DNA of 64,000 nt from Azolla caroliniana (taxonomy: Eukaryota; Plantae; Polypodiophyta): NCBI GenBank assembly GCA_043228905.1, contig JBHGNT010000016.1:6510001-6574000 (forward strand), in the 5' to 3' direction. Made by a program: the position numbers and the translations under genes. Each line of letters starts with the position of its first letter. Position 1 is the first letter of the stretch. Under the pieces are notes generated by a model. It searched no databases, was not told the origin of the DNA, and saw only the letters and a list, made by a program, of their open reading frames with translations. Shown here piece after piece: positions 50,693 to 61,150 of this stretch.

Positions 50693-52253
50693 CTGGAAAA
50701 GAAATAGGATAAGGTCAGAGATATAGTCATAACATCGTGTCGTGATGTAAACATATCATGAGCGAGCATTAATCGATATCATTATCTCACGTCAATACCC
50801 CTCTAGACGTATGAGATGAGGTTCAAGATCAGGTTACTATGGTAACACAAAGGTGTTTTAAAAACCATGGGGGTGACAAATAAATGTCTTTCCCTGATCT
50901 CTATATCGATTTTTTCATGGTGGCTCCCCGAGGCTCAACCATGTATGTTCGCGTCATGAATAGTTTATACACGAAAAAAAAAATGTTAACAATAAACTAT
51001 GTTTCGGTGCCCACATAAGTGGTTTCGGCTCTTTAAGTCCTATTACGAGGACCCCGAGGTGCACTTAGACCTTAAGTCTAAACATGTGTTATAGTCATAT
51101 GTATCAAGGATGTTGTATGGTCTTGGTCATATTTGAACTCGAGACCTCGAGAACAAATACATTAAACACTTGAGCCAACCAAGTAAGTTGCTCTTCTCGA
51201 ATGCTTAATGTTTGATGCGTATAAGAGATATGCGAGGCAATTGATCATATACGTTTTTTTAAAAGAACATATATGTCAAGGGTCCTTATTTCGCCCTCAT
51301 TTACCAACACTATGTTGGTACGTTACCTAACCTCAAGTCTCGTAATTACGATGGCATATGTCAAAGGGCAACCTAATGGTCAAGCCAAATGAGCCCTCGT
51401 TTCGTAGTAGGCTCACGTGGGCCATCACATGGTCACGTCATTACGAATGCCTCTCGTAAGAACGAGCTCATGGTGGCATCGTATCCATGTAACGAGGGAA
51501 GGATGTTGGATACGTGCGTCATTGGAGCGACCTCACTTGAAGTGGGTCAAGCCCTACGTACTCAACATCATTATGGCTATTGCGTTTCTTTACGTAACGA
51601 AATCGAGGTCATCAACGGGGTTGTCAACAATAAAAAATTGTTGAAAAAGGAATGGTGACAACGCCATTCTCACAAAAATGTGAGGACGGCCACCAACATC
51701 CTTTTCCCGACCATGACAACTTTCGACATAATCACGTAATAACGAATATACACATATGGTTACTTATCACATATATACGATCAAATACGTATATATGTGA
51801 CCACATATGCCTATATTCAACATATCGTTATAGTAAATAGCCACAAATGATGTGATCGAGATACGTAATCGAGGTATATACCTCTACGCACACGAAACAT
51901 CCACAAATAAGAGATCATCGTAATACGCAATGGAGGTATTGACCTCTTACGCATACGAGACCAAACGCATATCGTTTACAACAAATTAAGGTATTAAACT
52001 CATACGCAAACGTAACATATGTTCGTGAACGTAATACGTAATTGAGGTATTAACCTCGTACGCATACGACACTCATCACATATTATTAATATGTCAAACG
52101 AGGTATTGACCCCGTGCACATATGTAAACGTTTTAGATAATCAATTAAAGACCACTACAACATCATTGATTTAATGAAAAAAATTACATATAAACTAAAC
52201 ACATGATTAGATGGGAGAAGAGAGAATAGAAAAAAAAATATGGAAAGAGTTAC
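50693..52253 (-). other. Hairpin-dense leader region, candidate 5'-UTR intron and structured cis-acting RNA
   Basis: Donor-like CG|GTAACT at 52253; CTGAC + pyrimidine tract + CAG ending 50693; more than a dozen inverted repeats between; function inferred. Confidence 0.55.
51857..52125 (-). repeat. Array of five stem-loop units with GAGGT-N4-ACCTC cores
   Basis: Cores at 51871, 51933, 51988 (degenerate), 52044, 52100; spacing 62, 55, 56, 56 bp. Confidence 0.85.
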
Positions 52254-52369
52254 CGAAGTTCTTTGTTGATCGTTGTCTGGATCAAGGCCAACCGCACAAT
52301 GATCGATCAGCATCAATCAAAAGACAAATGAAAAACAAAGAAACATTAGTAAAAAAATCTGATACCAAA

Positions 52370-52824
52370 TATTATAGATCATAGTACTAATGTAAGCTTA
52401 AGATAAGGATAATGAAAAGATAGATAGAAAGGAGAAAGAGAAAGAAGGGTGCCGATCCACCCGACCACCCCCGAGCGAAGGGATCGAGACGGACTCGAGC
52501 CTCGATCGGCGTCCCATACCACCGCCGTGGCGTCGAGTCGTACCTGGTGCTGGCGCGCTCGCTACAAGAGTTGACCCACCACACGAGCAGAGTCTCGATG
52601 TAGTCAAAAGATCCTCAAATGAGGGTAGCTAGGCCTCTTATTTATAGCGAAACCCAAGGCCCCCAGGCAAGTTCACACTTGACCTAATGGGTTGTCTCAA
52701 TCCCGAGGATTAAAAGTAATCCTCCCCTTCTTTACACTCTCCTTTAACCCTCACACTTATCCACGTGTATAGAATACTACGGTAAATTCTTACCACGGGA
52801 TATTATATGGTCATGCCCGTAACA
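52370..52824 (-). repeat. Chromovirus 5' LTR
   Basis: Adjacent to PBS; TATA-like CTATAAATA on minus strand. Confidence 0.96.
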
Positions 52825-52829
52825 CAGGG

Positions 52830-53020
52830 GTTTAGGGTCTTTGGAAATCGGAAATCGGAGCAGAGGTTTTGTTTTCTACGGCTGATGATTAGGTTTTAGG
52901 GTTTTAAGATTACGATTAATGGTGCAGATCTCTCTCCTCTACATACATACATATAATATGTATACTTCTACTGCAGGCCTATTGTGTGTTCTCCCTAGGG
53001 TTAGGGTTAGGGTTAGGGCT
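52830..53020 (-). promoter_or_regulatory. Telo-box-rich probable 5' UTR/proximal promoter of the aminopeptidase fragment (continues in 45739-45808)
   Basis: Several AAACCCTA/AACCCT motifs on both sides of the chromovirus TSD, directly upstream of the fragment's first codon. Confidence 0.5.
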
Positions 53021-53266
53021 ATTCAGCACGATCTGTGTGCGATGGAATGAATACCTTAGTACCTATACACATACATCTACATACTTTAATTATCATGCCC
53101 GCCCAACAAGTTCTCATATTTCTTGCAAATTACCTTAATATACACTAAGTACACAATAAGTAAGGATGTTCATCTTCCACTAGGTTTTCAATGCATAGAA
53201 CTACGCAATAATGAAATAGTAAGTTGGTTAAAGAAGAATCTATATGGTCTAAAATAGGTACTTGAT

Positions 53267-55060
53267 AGTGAGCTTTTAAAATGGACAAGGTACATACTTG
53301 TCATTGTATAATGACAATTATAAGGCAAGTTATAAAGCAAATGATTGGCTTATGAATTGGATTAAACCAATCTTTAAAGCTGGAGTAAAGAAAAGTATCA
53401 AATTATCGTACAATAATGTGAGCTCAACTATTGCTAAATTATAAAGCACTACTATGGAGTAAAAGATAAGCACATGGGTTGAAAGTACAAGCAAAAGAGC
53501 ACTTGGGCAAGCAGGATTTAGACCAAAACACTCCATCGTGGACCATTTGGTCACATTGAGAGTAATCATGGAAGAGAGTTGACTACAAGAAAAAACACTT
53601 TATTGTTGTTTTGTTGATTTTAAGAAAGCTTTTGATACCGTACCACGAATTGAGCTTTGGAATAGAATGCTAGAGATTGACATGCCATTAGAGTACCGAG
53701 TTGTTGTTGCATGCCTATATGAACAAGTTAAATGCCAATTAAAAATGGACAGTGGATTCTCAAAGAACTTTTTAAGTAACATGGGGGTCAAGCAAGGATG
53801 TCCACTATCACCCACACTCTTTGGCTTATGTATTGATAAATTAGAAGAAGTGGCGAAAAAGGTTGAGAAGAGAAGAAGGATTGAATGCCCCTAAATTGAT
53901 GCAATGTGTTATCTTATTGCTTTTATATGCAGATGATGTGGTACTCTTCTCATATGATGCGGATAGTATACAACATTTACTTGGGGTATTAGAAGAACTT
54001 TGCCATAATAGTGGACTAGGAGTGATTGTGGAGAAAACAAACATGATGGCAATGCAAACCATCCAACCCTATCATTACCCTATGCTCACATAATAGAGGT
54101 GAACATATACAATTTGTTCAAAGCTTTAAATATCTTGGTATTGATGTACCCACCAAAAATAAATGGAGTACATGCATTGAATCTAGGCTTAAACCGGTTA
54201 GAGATTGTATTACCTTTTGGAGAACCAATGCAACCAAAGTGATACTTGTGGATGGGAAGTAAAACTAATGTTGTTCAATGACATGGTAACTCAAGTATTG
54301 CTTTATGGAGTAGAAGTATGGCGTGGCACCATCTCTCTTAATGCATGGAATGAGATTGAGAAATGTCAAAAGATGTTTTTATGGAGACAATTAGGAGTTA
54401 CAGGTTATGCTCTTGGAAACATGTGTTCGGCCCATAGAGATATTGGCACTCCAAAGGGTATATAGATACATTACAAAAGTCAAGAATATGCATTATGTAA
54501 TGATTGAGGAAAGGTTGGTGGAATCATTAAGGATGAAATGGGAAGATGCTAAGAGGACAAAGCTAGAATATTACATTGTAAATGTCAACCCTGAATGTTG
54601 GTCTCAATATAAGGCAAGAATGCCTATTGATCATGTCCGACATTATCTCATTACCAATATGAGTAGTAATGCTCGTAGAGCCCTCACACTACTTCGCACT
54701 GGATCTCACAAGTTAGGCATTGAAGTTGCATCATGGTATCAAAATGTAACAAATTTGAGGGCATGTAAAGTATTCAATGAAGGTATAGTAGAGGATGAAT
54801 GTCACTTGCTCTTCACATGCTCGACATTGCTATTGGTTAAAGATATGATGACATATAAGTGGCATACTTAAGACACCGCCTATAAGGTTGAGCTCATATG
54901 AGCATGCCTTATTCATGCATGGAGACATTGTGCTTCAATGTATGAATACCCCTTTTTAGGAAGGGGACACATATCAAGAACACATGTATAGTCTGGTCCC
55001 ATAGCTAAGGTAAAAAATTGGCCTCTTTATGGACGATAAAAATTCTAATTCTAATTCTCT
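53267..55060 (+). mobile_element. Second copy of the RTE-X-like LINE
   Basis: Near-identical ORF fragments 53667..54871. Confidence 0.8.
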
Positions 55061-57341
55061 CTCTCTCTCGTGTCCAACCCTGCTACATAACACTTCTTTA
55101 CGAGAGATCTTTGCATTGTGAGATAGATCCTTGATTAGTTCTACGCAAGTAATACAACCTTGGTACATAATGTTTCTATAAAACATTGCAACCAATTCCA
55201 ACATCCTAGTTATTAGACTTTCATTTTATCTAGAAATTTAGGTTTCACACCATAATAGTCGACACAATAACATTGTTTTCCTGATGCAATGTAACACGTG
55301 GACATCATTAGAAGAAATTACAAATTGTTTTCAACTTTCACATATTTAAGCTTGAGTTTCAATCTTGAATGGGAGTATTTTTGTAGCCTAAATAAACTCA
55401 TGGCGATGATTAATATAAGGATCATGCATTGTCTTTCAGAATTCATTTTGAGTTGCTCATAAAAACATCATGAAAACACAAGAATGAAACAGTTCCTACT
55501 AGAAACATGCGAGTTAGAATCATGGTGACTTAAACTAACAATATTATCTAAATGATGCCAAGAAATATTTAGTTCTAAAAATACAATATTTTATACTAGA
55601 TAACGTTGTACTTTTAGCTTTAAAGACAAGCAACTTTACCTAGTGAATATTTTTTCTATACATAATGTTGAACAAAGCATCGTTAAGGTCATCTTTGCCA
55701 AAAAAACATTTCTATACTAATGAGATACTACCATTACCGCCTAATCGTTTAGGCGCCCAACCCATAAGCGCAACTACCCACTTGCAAGGACACATGCCCT
55801 CCATCATTGGTGCTAAAAAATATGTTTACTTAAACACTTATCTTAGTGGCATGAAACCATGGTGTTCCTTGAAAATACTAACAATAATAATCTCACATTA
55901 TAGCTGGAGGCATCAGACTATGGTGCTCAAAGGTCTTATGGCCTACATTGAAACTTATGTCCTCAAAGAGAATAAGCATTTTCCAATGGCCCAATGAGAT
56001 ATTTTCATATTGAGTAGTTTTGACGCATCAATTCCTTGACCAACCTATGGCACTATAAGTGTGCTAAAAATGATTTTGATACCAAAGAAGGTTACTTTAA
56101 ATCACATATTTATTGTTGTAACTTTTCTATGGGAGTATCACTCATGTTCCTAATATTTAACTCTTTATTGTATATTGGTCAAAAGCCTATGTTTGAATGT
56201 ATGTGAAAGCATCATATCACATTCCTAACTACTATATGTTATTGATAATATTATCTTCAGTTGCCAAATCAAAGTGCCAACTAACTAAATATTGATCAAA
56301 TGGGCAATGAAAAATACAAATGGTGCCTTTTAGGAAGGGTGGTCATACCAACTTTTAATGATACAAGTTATTGTGACTAGATACTATTGAGATTGTTTGT
56401 AGAAGGAGATGTGTGTTACTTTCTCTATAAAGAGAGGAATGTGGCCAATGAGACCAAACCAATGTGTTGTATGCTTTCTTGATAAATGAAAATTAACATA
56501 CAATAAATAGAGACACTAAAGGTAAAATTGTTCATGTTGATGCATGCTAAGCTTTATTGGACATCTCATGTCTTATGTTCTATCGTGCTTGTGGAGTCTC
56601 GACTTAGGCCTTTGATGCTCCCTAATGGTAGCTTAATGTTTGTGCCTCATTAGTTTCTTAGATCTTTCAAAAGGAATCCATTTAACTAATCTCAATTGCC
56701 TCAAATATACTCAATTTGGGCTTCATAATTTGTGCATGTGGCATATTTATATTTAACGTGTTATTTTGTATACACTTCAAAAAAGGCTATAATTTGAAAC
56801 AACCAAACTTTTGTTTGATCAACAAAAACCCAAACGAGACTAAGGAATCTTTATCGGCATCATGTATCACATGGACCCATGGGATCGTTACCATCATGTT
56901 TAACAATGTGAACCTCTGATCTTTATGAAATATTGTTTGATCTATCAAAACACAACATAGAGATAGGGGTTGGAACAAAACCCTAGCGAACAAAATGCAC
57001 TATCATTTTGTCAACAAAAGTAATGTAACAATGTAGCACTAGCTTATAGTAACATCATAAGATATTAACTTGCACTATCATTTTGTTGACAAAAGTAACA
57101 CAACAATGTACCACTATCTTATAGTAACATTGTAAGATATTAAACGTGAATTCTAATGGAATCGACACTCTAAGCATTGTCTAACTTCTAGGATCATTAT
57201 TACATGAGAATAAAAGGATGACCAAACAACTTGTGTTTTCTTATGATTGATATGTCATCAATCATGATAACTTCCAATAATACATAGATACCGTAAAGTC
57301 TTTTGTTCCATTATGTATATAATGAAAAAGTATGAATACTA

Positions 57342-58695
57342 ATATATATATATATATATATATATATCCAAAAAAAACTCCTTCCATTAGTTATAAATTT
57401 TTACAAATGAGACAATTATGTACAAATGTCTGTAGGGACGCGATAGTTCCATCTTATGTGGATGCCCATTGACTCAAGAAAGGGAGAGGACAACCATTGT
57501 TGGATGAAGGCTATTTCGTTGTCTTTCAAATCCATTGGAGCTGCCCTTGAGGCCATCATATTGGCTCTTTAGAGTGGCTACAATTTCACACCATATCTCT
57601 TATAGTAACCTTGTTGGATGCGCAGTTTGGTTGGAGAAGACCCGTCTACATTGTTGTTTCCATAGAATCCAAAGAGTTATTGGGTTGACCAATTCCAACA
57701 CAACTTGAGATTTGTCATTAAGAGGAGTTGAGTGGACATTGCCGCTGGTGGCAAAAAAAACCTCTTGTGCTTTTATCACCAAAGTCATCCCCTCCTCTTG
57801 ATGCTCGTATCTGCCAAATGGGATCTGCCATGATAGCCAACATATATTTCCCCACTTGATTGAGTCTTGCACCTGGCATAATTGCAACAAGTGGCCAAAC
57901 CCCCGCCATATTCGATGAGATGCTAGGCAATCCCACAAAGAGTGTCATATTGATTCTATTGCATTTGGGCACTCTACACAATTAGGAGAGCTAAGGTTCC
58001 CACTTTGCCATGCTCCCACCGGTAGGGACTTATGGATTAATAGCCATTGGAACGTGGTAATTCGCCTCGCGTGTTGTTGTTTCCAGATTTTCTGCCAAAA
58101 CTTGGTGATAATTGTGGGAGGAACTTGAAATGTGTGCCAGACCTTCGCAGCAGCTGGCTCTTGGGCGGTTTGAGGAGCTAGAATGTGGCTACCCAATCTA
58201 GTTGTGAATTGGAAGAAAGGGATGGGTTTGCTTCCTTCCCCCGCATAAGGATCACGCTATGTCCATTGCAAAGGGTTCCAACTGACCTTACGTAGCCATG
58301 TGTTTTCATGAGTACATATGTGCCAATCGGGTTGTACTTTGATCGAATCCTGATCTACAATCCATTTATGACCAGTATACCCAAGTACGATTGGGGCTCA
58401 CTAGCGATGGAGGATTTTGCGACTGTGGAGTTTTAGGTAGGACATGGGATTTCCCCACCACTCGCCATTCCATCACAGCCTTATCAGGGCGTGGTGGGGG
58501 AGGCTTTTGATTTCCTATGGTGTCCCGACCATTCAAGGTCTCCATGGTGGGATCCTTAATGCGTCTCGTGGGGCAGTTCTTTTTAAAATGACTGGAAGCT
58601 TTTTGCATGCAAAACATTGTCACGGTGCGCTGATCACTTCAATGCGTTGTTCAATCTGTATTCCGTTTTCCCCTAGAATGAGGATCTTGTGTGAA
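57342..58695 (-). mobile_element. Second copy of the L1 with most of ORF2 deleted
   Basis: ORF1 tail fused to the zf-RVT region at 58387-58388. Confidence 0.85.
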
Positions 58696-59972
58696 TGTTA
58701 AGGTGTGGAAGCGTTAGACAGAACCGGCTCAACCGGGTAGCAACAACGAATAAGATGAAGGTTTAATGGAGAACTTAATGCACAAAGAATACATGTGGGA
58801 GAGACAGAGAGAGCAAAACATACACTTAATTCAAAATAACACTCTAACACTCTGTAACTCTATACATACAATGTGCTAAACAACACTATTTATACAAGTC
58901 CATAAAGGACTGACAAAAGTATTGACAAGTACTTCAATATTCCTACATGCGACTTATACTAACTACGAGAAAATGACTACCTAGTAGTTTAGGCTACTAC
59001 TGGGCTTCCGATTATCGCTCTGATCCAGCTACCCGGCTCACCGGCTTAGTCTCGCTCATCGGCTCACCGATCCGGCTCAGGCTTATTCAGCCGATCCGGA
59101 TCTGGTTGAGCTTGCCGCTCAACACTCCTCAAGCTCAACTTGAGGTCGGATCGTGGTGTCAGTGTTCGTAGCAGCCGGTTCTTCTACGCGGCTCCTTCTG
59201 GCGTTGCTCCGCCTTGCTTGTGCTCCTCGTCCGGTCCGGTCCTGTTTGTTGCACCCCTTCTAGTTCTACGCACGTCGAACTCCTCAGCCGACTTGTCTGC
59301 TCAACAGGCCCATTTCAGCTCCCTCGCTGCTGCGATTCCGGCGCTTGTCGACCCATCGGTTCCTTCGTGTTGGTGTCGACTTCAACTAGGTCTGTGTCCG
59401 TTTGGTATTTAGTTGATCCGGTTTCTCCAAATCTTGAACTGAATCGGTTTCCTTTGAGTTGTTCCAGCTCTTGTCCGAATCGATCAATCCTGATTTGTTC
59501 CGGCTCTTGTCCGAGTCGGTGTTCTCCAACTCGTCTTGCGGTTTCAGGCCCTTCACCACATCAGACCATGTCCGGGTCTTGGCCTTCTCCTTCTGATCGG
59601 CTCTGTCCTTCTTGACTCTGCGACTGCTGCCGCTCATTCCGACTTGTTTGGACGTGCCGACTTCTTTCGTCGACTTGGCTTCCTTTTTCCCTTTGTCTCC
59701 CCCTTTGTTGGTACTTTGTTCCTCTTCGGTTCCTTGTCCAATGCCATCCGTTGCCTTTCCTTTTCTCCCCCTCAAGTGCGGCACATCAAGCTGCTGAACA
59801 CCAAGCATTTCGGTGAAGTGCTACAACTTGTCCAATCCAAGCGATTTGGTTAAGATATCGGCAACTTGCCGATCCGTCTGAACATACCAAAGTTCAACTT
59901 CACCGCTCAAAACCTGCTCACGCACAAAGTGATAGTGGGCTTCTATGTGCTTCGTTCGAGCATGTAACATGG
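58696..59972 (-). mobile_element. Second copy of the copia 3' end (LTR 58696-59124)
   Basis: HARTKHIEAHYHF; 429-bp LTR. Confidence 0.85.
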
Positions 59973-61150
59973 TGTCGTGGAGAAAAACCGTCCCTAGGAT
60001 GAATCGGTGAATAGAGAGCATGAACCGGCCCTTACACGCGGGCACATGTTTTGATATGTTGTACATAGTTAGGCACAGGTCGGCGATGTGAATATCCTAG
60101 GTAGTGTGTATTCATTAGGTAGGGAATCGAGGAGTATCTCTATCTGAAAGGACAGAGAATAAAGGTGATGTAACATACTGTAACGTTTCTCTCTCCTTGG
60201 GATATAAAAGGAGAGGAAAGGGGATTGAGTGGGGATCGCGTTGTGGAGGACGAAGTCCTGTCAGACTGGGACCGAGCTCTTCTCCTCTATCTTTCGTCGT
60301 TCTCTGCAGGTTTTGGGAGGCTGCCTCTGCTTCGTGGAAAGCCCAAGTGCTTCCGTCAGAGGCTCCATCTCGCGTTGTCCATGTGCGTTGTGTGAGTTGG
60401 TGTCAGCGCATTGACGCTTACCGGCTAGCTAGCTGTAATCTTCATCATAAATATATATTTGCCTTATTCGTTGCTCGATCTTCGTTGTGAGTTCTCTATG
60501 TATTTGTGTGCGTGGCTCGGCCATGATTTCGTGTTGCTCCTTCCTCTGTTCGATTATTCCTCGGTTCAGGGCCCCCGCGGTCCCACCTTCGTTTCTCCTG
60601 TGCGCACAAAATAACATGACATAATTTGGTGAACTCGACGTGAAACAAGGTGGCAGAGGAATAGAGGATGAGGGGATCAAAGCTCGCTGAAGCCATGGCG
60701 GCAACAGTCGATCGGATAGTAAGTGCTCGTGAGGGCATGGGTGCCCTCGATAGGGCCATTGAAGCAATTGTCGGCACAATAGGCCGGTTCGATGGGAAGG
60801 ACTCCATGAGTTATTTGGTGGCCTACCGAGCTGAAATGGTGATGACGGACATCCCGGAGGAAAGGCGTTTGGCTGGGTTCCCTCGGGTGGCGACACCGGG
60901 CATCCACGTACAGGTGCTCAAGGTGCAGGCTGGATGCCGGACCTGGGGAGAATTCGATGCGCGGCTCCTCAAACGGTACAGGCTTGATGATGCACTTCGG
61001 TTATCAAAGCGAGACTTCATGGATTTTGTGGAGACCCCCGGAAAGGGGATGAATGCGTGAGCGCTTCTCAGGGAGTTTGAAGAACGCTTCGTGCGGCTCT
61101 CGACACTGGACAAAGGAGTGCTGGACACGAGCCGCGTCTTGTTGTTTGTC
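59973..61150 (+). mobile_element. Second copy of the tRNA-Trp gypsy LTR (59973-60621, uninterrupted), PBS 60627-60644 and truncated gag
   Basis: Empty site for the copia complex near 60170; TGGTGAACTCGACGTGAA. Confidence 0.88.

Larger units (their letters stand above)
45809..52824 (-). mobile_element. Full-length, very young Ty3/gypsy chromovirus (7016 bp)
   Basis: Two 455-bp LTRs with no difference seen; TSD CAGGG (45804-45808, 52825-52829); iMet PBS TGGTATCAGA 52358-52367; PPT 46264-46276. Confidence 0.97.

Noticed and set aside
51857-52125. CRISPR-like repeat-spacer array
   Set aside because: Repeats are degenerate, there are no cas genes, and the context is a eukaryotic LTR-element leader; better explained as RNA stem-loops
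52996-53018. (TTAGGG)3 and nearby TTTAGGG-like motifs as telomere or healing site
   Set aside because: Very short and degenerate; they flank a gene 5' end where telo-box motifs are common. Proximity to the duplication breakpoint was noted but is not compelling
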